Origin: a virus
IMG/VR virus record: IMGVR_UViG_3300015241_000015
Coordinates: 1 to 64,000 of that record
DNA: 64,000 nucleotides
Reading direction: 5' to 3' (one strand)
Shown here piece by piece: positions 1-10,800 of this stretch (the first letter of the stretch is position 1; each line of letters begins with the position of its first letter). Both the position numbers and the translations under genes were made by a program. The notes beneath the pieces are model-generated. The model ran no database searches. It worked only from the letters and a program-made list of their open reading frames with translations, and was not told the origin of the DNA.

Positions 1-6
1 GCTGCG

Positions 7-1872
7 ATGGCTAAGGCTGGCGGCCAAACGATTGCGGCAAGGAATGCCTATATTGCCGCCGCCCGTAAATACTCATTTCCAGAAGCAGGCAAAGACAAGG
101 ATGGCAAGTCCGTAAAGCCCAAAACCACTGGCCAAAAGGTGAAGGGCGCCACCATGAAGTTCTTCGGCATGGATATCGATCCGCACATGTTCGCGAGCAA
201 CGCGCTGGATCTGGCGGCGAAGGCCGATCCTGGGGCTCTTAACAGGCCACAGTCTCCGGAAAGCAAGAAGGCTCTAGTGGACTTAGAGCAGAGCAAGAAG
301 AATCTTCAGCTCACAGACCAAGCGATCCAATCCGGTCAATTTACGCTCAATTCTCAAGCCAACCAGGACGAATTAGCCAAGTTGACCTCGCGTGATCCAT
401 CCACTTTGACTACGGATGAAATGCGTAAAAAGAAACGCCTGTATGCCATGCTTCACCCCGAGACGCCCAAGCAGATAGCGGAAAACAAAATATATGAAGA
501 CATGGTGAATCATGTCAAGCCGTCTCCAGAGCAATTGCAGTTCTACTACGAGACCGGCATGTTGAATCGAGAGCACAATGTCATAAAAGATATGGTTCGA
601 CCGGACGGAGAGACGATAGAGCGAGTTTTAAGACCAGACGGCTCGGTTGTTACCGAAAGAAGCATAGGCTATACATACCTGCCGCCCGAGCAAAGGCAAG
701 CAGCCGTAGATCAGTTCGAGAAGATGAAGGAGCACTACATCCAGGCGCACGCGCATGATGGTCTTACCCCGCAACAATTGGAAGACGCAGCGTCTCTGGC
801 GGCCTCGAATTATGAAATGGGGGTAAAGGCGCCAGCGTCGGGACTTAAAGACGATCCACGGGAAGAAGAGATCATACAATCCAGGGCGCTTCAACAGGTA
901 TCAAGGTCGCTAGGCCCAAAGGAGCAGAAGCAGTTAAAGTACCTCGCTACTACATCCCAAGACGACGATGGAAATACGTACCCTCTTCTCCAAAGGCCAC
1001 CGTCAGACGGTACAAGCGGGTGGTTCGGGTCTGGAGAACCAACTTGGGGTGGTCACACCTTAAAGGAAATGACGGAGTTCGAGGGCCGGGTACGGGAATC
1101 TCGGCGCTATGCACTGAAGAGAGGCAATCGGAAACTCAGTGAAGACGATCTCAACACGTTACTTGGACCACGGATCTTCGGGCCGGGCGCGGACAAGCCT
1201 GGAGCCTCCGCCTCGGCCAATGCCCGTCAAGCCACCGCTCCGCCGAGCGCCAAGTACAAGGTGACATTTTCAGATGGCTCAACGGATGTAGTGGATGAGG
1301 CAAGCAAGAAGGTATTAGAAAGCGACAAAAGTTTAGGCCCCGTTAAATTTGAACCCGTTTCGGGCGGTTCCAGTAATGGCGCCGCTAGTGGTGGAAAACC
1401 TGCGAATGGCACGGCCAGTCCCGCTAAGACCCCAGAGTTGAGCGCAGTACCTCCTACGGCCAATGGTAAGGCTCCAAAAGCGGCGGCTGAGCGCACTATG
1501 TCCGACGTACCAAAAGCCCCTACCACCAGCCCAAAGATCGAGCAGCGGGTACAGGCGAAACTTAACTCAGGGCTGGATGCAATTCCCAAAGCTGCCAATA
1601 GCGTCGTGGCGGCTGGGGATAAAGTCATGGGCGGACTCAAGAGTGGAATTGAGTATTTTACTGGACCACAAGGCGACGGTACGCCTGAAAAGCCGAGCGG
1701 CGCGGGCGACAAATGGCAGACTCACCCCGAAGAAACATGGAGCGTTGTGGCTCCAGATGGGACCGTCGTCCATGCCATGCCGCTAACGAAGGACAAAATG
1801 GCGGAAGCCAGGAAAGATCCAAGGTTTGCTGGTTACAAGTTCAAGTCCAACCTAACAGGCAAGGTGGAATAG
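7..1872 (+). CDS. Putative phage virion/ejection (internal) protein, possibly 5'-truncated by the window edge
   Basis: 621-aa ORF, rich in Ala/Lys/Gly/Pro, 4 bp upstream of the giant polyvalent gene; no catalytic motif recognised. Confidence 0.45.
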   Translation: MAKAGGQTIAARNAYIAAARKYSFPEAGKDKDGKSVKPKTTGQKVKGATMKFFGMDIDPHMFASNALDLAAKADPGALNRPQSPESKKALVDLEQSKKNLQLTDQAIQSGQFTLNSQANQDELAKLTSRDPSTLTTDEMRKKKRLYAMLHPETPKQIAENKIYEDMVNHVKPSPEQLQFYYETGMLNREHNVIKDMVRPDGETIERVLRPDGSVVTERSIGYTYLPPEQRQAAVDQFEKMKEHYIQAHAHDGLTPQQLEDAASLAASNYEMGVKAPASGLKDDPREEEIIQSRALQQVSRSLGPKEQKQLKYLATTSQDDDGNTYPLLQRPPSDGTSGWFGSGEPTWGGHTLKEMTEFEGRVRESRRYALKRGNRKLSEDDLNTLLGPRIFGPGADKPGASASANARQATAPPSAKYKVTFSDGSTDVVDEASKKVLESDKSLGPVKFEPVSGGSSNGAASGGKPANGTASPAKTPELSAVPPTANGKAPKAAAERTMSDVPKAPTTSPKIEQRVQAKLNSGLDAIPKAANSVVAAGDKVMGGLKSGIEYFTGPQGDGTPEKPSGAGDKWQTHPEETWSVVAPDGTVVHAMPLTKDKMAEARKDPRFAGYKFKSNLTGKVE

Positions 1873-1876
1873 TCCT

Positions 1877-4800
1877 ATGCCAGAGGTAGCATCGTATACG
1901 CCGGAGGAAGCGCAAGCGAAACTGCTGGCGTTGACCCGTCCAGACGCAGGCATTGCCGCACCACGCGCCCCTACAGCGCCTACTCAGAAGAATACGGTCA
2001 CGCCGCCTCCAGTCACCACCGCAGCGCTACGGCCCCCTGCGCCTCCAGAACCGCCCAAGGCTCCGCCACCTGATCTACCGTCGCCTACCGTTTCCGGCTT
2101 GACCAACGCCAAAGCCAGAGTGGCGGAGATCAACAAGATCGGGGCTGATGCGTATGCGAAGAAATACTCGCTTCCTGGTTCTGTTCAGGAACCGCAATCG
2201 TCGTCGAGCGATCCCCAGGATGTGCGAAGCCGCATTACGGCGGAGGCCCAGCGCCAAGGGCTTGACCCAAACATTGCTCTGGCCATTGCCAAGCAAGAGA
2301 CCGGGTTCAAGCACAAGGTGAACGGGAGAGTGGTTCTTGGTCCTCTCACCCGCAACGGCTACCATGCCCATGGATTGTTTCAGTTGATGCCCTACCGGTT
2401 CCCTAACATCAACATCGACGACGAGGGCGCCAACACGACTGCCGGGATAGGCTTACTTAAGGAACTGAGCAATAAGTACAATGGCAATCTAAACTTGATT
2501 GCCGGGGAGTACTTCGGCGGTCCTGGAGCTATTGGCAAACATGGGGAAATACTGGACTCTTCCCCTCTGACCCAGCAGTACGCTAGGGACGTGCAGGGTA
2601 AGTTTGCCAGCATTCACCAGGACGCTTCAGGCCCACAGCAGCCACAATCCGATCTGGCCAAGGCGAAGGCAAGAGTGATGGAGATCAATCAGATTGGAGC
2701 TTCCGCCTACGCCAAAAAATACTCACTTTCCGAACCAGCAGCGGAACAGTCTGAATCTCAGGAACCGAGTGAACAAGGAGTACCCAATCCGCTTACCTCG
2801 CCACTTCAGTTTTTTGGTTGGCTGGATGAGAAGTGGATGCAGGGAGCGCGCTGGACCAGCAACAAACTATTCCAGAACGACCTGACGGATCGAGCGGCCA
2901 TTGAAGAGCAAAGCAAGAACCCTAACTTGTCGCCAGCGGACCGGGAGTTTTTCGTCTATCAGTTGCATGTTTTCGATGTCAACATGCGAGCCGAAGACGA
3001 TGAAATGAATATGCACTGGGGGTCGAAGACCGAAAGCGAGCGTGAAGCATACAAGTTCAGGCGAGGATGGGATACCAGGAGTTTGGCGGGCAAAGCAGTG
3101 TGGGAGGCTACGGCGGAAGTCTTCAATCCCAGCAATATGGCAATCATGGCGGCTACTGCGGGAGGTAGTGTGATTGCTGAAGCGGTGGGCGCTGTAAGGC
3201 CAGTATTGGGCAGGGCTTTAAAGGTTGGCTTACTGGGGGCCAACACCGCTTTTGCCTTGAAGCTCTCCGCTGGGCAGATCCAGGGCGCGTATGAAGCCTA
3301 CCAGAAGAATGATCTACCGGGCGTAATCGAAAATGCTGGCATGGTGGCCGGCACGCTCTTGGCCGTGGGCGCGGGGGCCTACGAAGGGAAACAGAAGAAT
3401 CGGGCGGCCCGCGAGCAAGCTACCCGCGATAAGACTTTGTTCGTTGCTGAAGTTCTAAAGGCCGTACAGGATCATCCTGGATTGCAGGAAGAACTGAACA
3501 AGCAGGGCGTGCCCATCCCGCAGCTTACCAAGGAGCAGTTACAGGCGGCCATCGACCATATCCACAAAGTCAATGCTGATATCAAAAAGCGGGAGGGGGA
3601 GCGCAACACCAAGCTTAAAAAGATGGCGGATCAGGGAGTCTCGCCCGCTCCCGCCGCTCCATCGGACGAAGACCTTGCGGACCCGCGCAAACGTCTGGCG
3701 GGCACGCCGCCCCCTGAACTGCAACCCGGCCACGTCAAGTCGTTGCTAACGGCTGCCCCAGGTATGACTGAGGAGCAAGTTCGCGAGCAGATTGCTACCC
3801 CTACTCGCCAACGCCAACTCCAGCCCACACCCGAGATTCCGATTGAGTCGCTGAACGACCGTGATAGTCGCCTACTCGATTCGAGCGCCTACGGGCAGTG
3901 GCTGGACCACCACATTGCCAAGGCGGCGGGCGACATGGCGCGCATGTTGAAGTTGGTCGAAATCACAACGCAGCGGCACGAGTATGAACTGGCTTACCAC
4001 TTGACTGAAGAAATCCAGTCCAAGATCAAGACTGACGCGGAGCCAACGGTGGCCAGCAAGGAACAAGCGCTGAAGTTGGAGCGGTATCAGCGTCTTCTGA
4101 AGTGGCACATGTCGGAGCCGTCGGTAGCGCCTATTGAGACCAACTTCGTCAGCATGACTGCGGAAGAACGGGCCGTAAAGCGCCAGGAGTATGCCGAAGA
4201 AGAAGGCCGGGCGATCCTGGTCCGGGAGCGTGAGGCGCGGATTACCGCTCTTGAAGACCAGAAGAAGCGTGTCCAGGATGAGATTGCGGCCTTCCGGGAG
4301 CGAGCGACTAAAGTCCAGGATCAACGGCGGGTCGGACCGGCGCCATCTCCTGAGCAGTTGGAATTCGATGCGGTAGGGCAGGAACTGGAGCGCATTGCCC
4401 ATAGCAACATGCACGTGGACGCGGATGAGATGGAGAGCCAACTACGTCAAGGCAAATCCACGCCATTGAGCGCCGACGAAAAGCACTTCACGGAACTGCA
4501 AAAGAAGCGCAAACAGTTACTGGATCTGCTCGATCCCCAAAAACCACAGAAGCCCCTGTTTGAGCATGTGGCGCTAGAAGCGGAACTGACGGAGCGGGAG
4601 CAGGCATTGCGCGAGATTGAGGCCCGGCTGGCCTATGAGGCCACCCATGCCACGACGCCTGAGGAAGCCATAGAAAAGGGCCAGCGCGCCGAAGAAGCCA
4701 GAAAACTGGCGGCCCAGTTGAAGGCCGACAGGGATAAGACTGAGGCGGAACGCTTAGCTAGCCGGGCAAAACAACAGGAGTTCCCCCGCGGCGAGCCCAT

Positions 4801-7800
4801 CGCAGTCCATGTGGGAATGCCTGTAACCCTGACGTTGGCGTCTGGTCAGGAAGTCTCTGGGCACTGGGCTGTGGTTCGAGGCGGTGAGGTAATCGCATCG
4901 CACGATCCATTCACGTTCCATAGGAACGATAGATTCATCCATCAAGACCTGAATCCAATCAACTACGAGGATGAGAACTTCCACGAGGCTAGGGAAATCG
5001 TGAAATCCAGAGGGAAGAATCCCGATCTGGATGAAATCCATAACACTCGCGAGACGAACGCGGCTCCGGTGCTATCCCCGGATGGGCAAGTGCTGGGCAA
5101 TACCGCCACATTCCTGGAAGCCATGCGGATTCACAGTCAAAAAGGCCAGAGTGAGGCTATTGCGGCCGACCTGCTCAGGAAGGCTTACCAGTTTGGCTTG
5201 GATCCCGACGCCATCCCCCACGCGACCGACAAGCCGGTCTTGGTTTTCATGCTCGATGAGCGGCCTACCGACTTGGGGGGCCTGATGGAATTAACTTCCG
5301 GTCTTTTGCGCCCGGAAGACATCACCATGACCGAGGCGGAGCAAGGGGTGCAGTCGGGATACCGCGTCTCAGGCGACACGTTGAATTGGGTGTCTGAAGC
5401 GTTTAAAGGGATGGGCGATCAAGCTTTTGTCCGCAATCTGCCCCCGGTCCAAGCCGCTGAACTGGTCGACCGCATGATCAAGGACGGGGTGATTGGGCAG
5501 GCGGAGCGCGGCGCTTACATCAACGAAGACGGCGAGCTTACCCCCAAGGCTATCCAGGTAGTAGAAAACGCGCTGATGGGCAAAGTGATTCCAGATGCCA
5601 ATGCGCTGGCGGGAATGCCGCGAGGCGTCTTCATTCGCCTGTCCCAAGCCATGGCGCCACTACTGAAAATGCGGTTGGAAGCCCCCATTTGGAATATTGG
5701 CGACTATCTGCACCAGGCCATCCGCAACTGGACGCGCATCGAGAAGATGGGAGACACGCTTGATGGTTACGGCCAGTCTGGCGATTCCAAATCGACCCTC
5801 TGGTACAACTACCAAAACAGCAAACTGATTCCAGGAGAGGCCGATCATCCCATTGTTGAAGCCTTGACCAAGTTACTGGAAGAATCGCCCAAGACCATTG
5901 AAAAAGCGCTGTCCGGCTACATCGGCGAAGTCGATGGCAAGCAGACTGGATGGCAGTTTGAACCGGGAATGGAGCCAGCGGAGTCTTTCAATTGGCATAT
6001 CGCCAACGACATGGGCGTAGAAGTCAAAGCCAGTGAGTGGGGCACGTTAGAACCCGCTTACGAAGAGCCGAAGCCTGAAGCGAAATCCAAAGCCCGCGGC
6101 AAGATCAAAGCGGCCAAGGGCAAGAAAGCGGAAGCCCCCAAAGCGGCAGAGCCAGAGAAACCTTCACCCACCGGTCCCACCATGGCCGACGTGGACACCA
6201 AACTGCGCGGCATGTCTGAGGAGGATCTGGACCGGGAATACGAGCATGGCGCTGCGGCGGATGGCACAGACGATCCCTACGTAGTCGCAGTGGGCAAAGA
6301 ACTACGCCGTCGGCAAACGGAGCCAGTGGTTCAGCCGGAAAAGCCCCCGGTTAGCCCCATGGAGCCAACGCCAGAAGAGAAGGCCAAAGAAGATTTCACC
6401 AAGGAAGTCCAGGAAGTCATCCGGGTCAACGGGCCGATCACGAGAGACCAGTTCGTCGACATCCTGACCCGCCATCCCAACTTTTCGATGGGCAAAGCCA
6501 CCGACCTTGTGACTTTTGTCGAGAAGGGGGTGCGGCGAGTCTGGAATATGTCCTTGGACGAGTATCTGGCGCAGGCTTTTGGCGCAGTTGAATTGATGGG
6601 CGAAGGGCCTAAATCGCCCGTAGAAGAAGAGGTTAGTGTTCTAGGGCAGCTAGGCAAGAAGAAGGGCATGGCGCCCACGCCAAAGGCCAGCGTTGATGGC
6701 CCTAAGGGCGCGGTAGAGTTCCTGGCGGATGGCCGGGCTATTTTGCACTTGATGGAACACGGCGATGTCTCAACCTTCCTCCATGAATGGGCTCATGTGG
6801 CCCACAGAAACCTTATGGGAGAGGATCGGGTCGCGGTTGACAAGTGGGGGGCGCAACTTCGCAAAGAGTGGAATCCCAAGAAAGATCCCGCGTACACACG
6901 CTGGCTGGAGGGGGCTGAGGATAGCCACGAAAAGCGCGTGTCCTATCTGGCGGTCTACGTTCAAGAGAAGTTTGCCCGGGCCTTTGAGCGGTTTGTGCAT
7001 GACGGCATAGCGCCGAACGAGGAAATCAGGCCGGTATTTGAGCGGCTGAGGGACTGGATGCGCGAGGTTTATGAGAACGTATCAATGCAAGGCTCGTCGC
7101 TGGATGTAAAGATCCCGGCAGATATTCGTAGGCTGTTTGAGCGGATGGCGGGGGGCACGCCCGAGGATCTGGAAGTTCCGGGCGAGAAGGCTGGTGCTGG
7201 AACTGCCTTAATGTCCCAGACGCCAAGTGCAATCCAAACCTTGACCAAAGAGCAACAAAGGGTTTTGGATAAGTATCTGTCTGTTGTGAAGTGGGACAGC
7301 AAAGGGGAGAAAATCGATACGTGGAAGAAGAAATTAACAAGCAAAGAGCGTGACATTCTTTACACGATTCCTTACGATGCTCAGCCCCTTGAGGCATTTG
7401 GTCCACGCGTTAGAGACATTATCCAATGGGAACGCGATCATCCAGAACATGAAAAAGCCATGCAAGGGAAAAGTGGTGTTGATGCTGCTGTCAAAGCGTT
7501 CGAGGAGCATCCAGTCCATTTCAAGAACAATCCCAACGTCAACCATTTCACGGAGTCGCAAATCAATGAACTAATTTCAAAGTTAAGCCCAGCAGCAGTG
7601 AAGAGATGGGCTGATAGTGAAAAAGTAACGCCGGAGGGACTGACTCGTCGCGTGAAGGAGATGAGGCGGAATGTTGCCTCATTGGGGGTGGCGCTACGCA
7701 GTGAAGGGGACTGGGCTGACGTTCCACTCGAAGCCCTCAGAGCGCGATCGATGGTGGATGAAATGTTCCCGCTTGGCAAGCGGGAGTCATTAGATGATGG

Positions 7801-10800
7801 CATGACCATAGAAGCGGATCTGGAAGAGTCACGGCCAGACCGCACCATCCTTTCCCGCTCCATCAAAGACGACGAACGGCGCACACAGGAACGCAAGGAA
7901 GAAGAGGGCGAGACCCTTACGCCAGAACAGCGAATGGATGCGACCGAGATTTTCAATCATGGAGAATCCTTTAGCGATAGCTTGGATACCGCAAGATTTC
8001 GAGTATTTTCTGACGCCGAAAAGGCCGTGATATGGGCGCGGGAGAATGCCAGCAAGACCACGGGCCTGAAGATTTACAACCTGGAGGACCGTTCCGGCAA
8101 GGCTTTCGTTCATTATGCCCCACGCGATCCAAGCGTTCTGTTTCAAGAGACGGAACCGGGCGAAGTCGAGCGGCGCCTGCGTGCGATTGAAGAGCGTCTG
8201 CGCAATGTGGGCCTGGGAGAGCAAGAGGCCAAGCGGCTAGCCAAGATGCGCGATGACTTGAAGGCCCAGCAACGCCGCGCTGGAACCTCTCCCGACCCCA
8301 AGCCGGGGCGTATAGTTAAGCTATTCGGACCCCACGGGGAAGAATTGAAATTAGGAGGGCGCGATGAGGAAGCCAAACCGGGACGAACAGTATCTGATGT
8401 CCCTGCTCCACTACAAGACCCTCGAAGCCCTCGAAGAGCGGATGAACAGCCCCGCGACCCCCGAGGAACTGAGAAGGATCGAGCCGCCGTGGGACCAGTA
8501 CGAGGAACAGGAGAGGGTGGAAGAGCAGGACATGAGGATGAACGACCTGGAGAGACTCTACGCACTGTCCAGCCCGCCCGAGTAGACACGCCCACCAAGC
8601 CACGGGGCACGGAAGTCTACGATCCCGCGCAATGGTCTGAGACCATCGAAACCTTGGGGATGCCAGCCAATACCCCACCGCCTACTGTGAGAATTCCCAT
8701 GTGGCTGCGGCGTATGCTGAAATTCCCCGCGCAGCCGGAAATGGTCGAGGCGGGGCTTTCCGGCATAAAGCAGCATGACGCCGTGGTGTTGGCGGCCCCC
8801 ACCGGAGGCGGCAAGACCTACATGATGGCGGCCATGGCCAACCAGTTGGTCAAGCCCGACATGAAAGTCCTGGTAATGACCATCAATAAGTCCCTGATTC
8901 GCAAGCGCGGCGATGGTCTAATTTCGGTTTTCCGCGATTTCGCTGTGCCACTGGAAGAATTGAAGTCCGGGGTATCCGATCCCGGGAAACCGGGTGTCTA
9001 TGCCGTTACCTACTCGACCAGCGTTAGCCGCAAGGAAATCAGGAAGGCGAAGTGGGATCTGATTATCTGCGATGAGATCGGCGTGGCCCGCAACCCTTAT
9101 TCAGAGACCGGCATAATGATGAAGGAACTGGCCGGCAACAGCAAGAAAGCCATCTATATCAGCGCCACGCCCTTTCATAACGCGCTCGAACTCTACCACA
9201 TGGACAAACTGGGGTTGTGGCGAGAGACCGGCTTCGATGCCTGGGGTAAGCAGTTTGGAATCTTCAAAGATACCGATGGCAAGTATGGTGGAAGCGCCAG
9301 CGATTCGCTCAAATTAATCAAATTGCGAAGTCAATTGATCGAGCGCGGGCAGTTTGTCAGCGTGTTGAAGAACATGGAAGGCTTCAATATCTCGTTGGCC
9401 CAAGTGCCGTTGACTCCTGACCAGGAAGTGATTCTAGCCAACATCAAAAAGGGCTTCGATGCTGCGGCTGACCACTACACCAAACTGGGGCCATCGGGAA
9501 CGGCGTTGCTGGCCGCCACCCGTAAGAACGCAGCCACGTTCACCAAGAAATGGCTGGAGCGGATACGCTTGCCTCAGGCGATCGAGATGGCCAAGGAGAT
9601 GCAAAAGCAAGGCTGGAAGGTGGCCTTCTTCAGCGAGACCAAAGCCTCGCGGGAGGACATCTTTAGCTTCCTCCAGCCGGCGAACTTTGCTTTAGATGGC
9701 AAAATTAGAGCCTTGCTCCCCGATTTGCCGGATGTGCCAGAAGGGTTATTCGCAGCCTTTGGCGAGGATCTGGCGAACTATAGCGGACCCGACAGTTCCC
9801 ATCGCACCGCCGAACTGGACGCCTTCAACAGCAATGAGAAAAAGCACATCTACTTGTCCTTTGCCGCTGGTGGAATGGGCTTGAACGCTCAAGACAAGAT
9901 GGGAACTCAGCCGCGGGCGGTGATCTTCCTGGGGCCACCCTATTCCGGCATGATGCTTGAACAGGGCTTGGGCCGCTTCTGGCGTTTCGGAACCAAGAGC
10001 AACGTCCACGCCATCTTCATGACCTCGAATGCCGAGGCTGAACTGAATATGCTGGTGTCGAAGATCGCTCCGCGCATGTCCTCGTTGCGGGCCTTGGTGA
10101 ACGGGATCAATAACGAAGACAAATTCGTCAACACCCTGCACGCCATGCGGACCACGGAACAGGAGCAAGCCGCTTACGAGTTGGGTAACAGCATCAAATT
10201 CAGCCCCAGCGAGTTCCGTCCCATCCAGACCCAGGCGGTACAGTCATGGAAGGATGTCAAAATCGGGCCGGCCAAGGAGGCGATGAATAAGGGCCTGAAG
10301 ATGCCGGATACGGGCGGGCCTCCCAAGGTTGGAAAGCTGTTTCAGGAATCGGAGCCGCCCAAGCCCCCAGAAGACCTCTCCATACCAAAGAACACGGAAG
10401 CCCGCGCTGAGCACGACAGACAGAAGAAGGACATCGTAGACGGCAAGCCTATGCCTGGAGTACCAGCAGGCATAGAAAATGCCCCACAGGCCATCCGGGA
10501 GCGTATTGCGGAGGTGGCAGGGGTCGAAGCCAAAGCGGCAGAGGATGGAGCCGAGGACAGTGAAGAGAAAGTTGCGGCAGTCCAGAGCGCCTACAAAGCC
10601 GTGCGTAGCCGTTTTGCCAGCCTGAGTCACGCCTTAGGAGAGTCGGACGCGTCAGTAGCCTACAAGGCTTTTCTTGCCAACCTGTTCATCAGCGGCCACC
10701 GCAATATACTCAACGTCACCAGGGAGGCTGGGATTCCACAAATTGGAGAAAAGATCGTGCGCTGGGCTCGTCAATACGAAGCCAGAAAAGGCCAAGTGGA

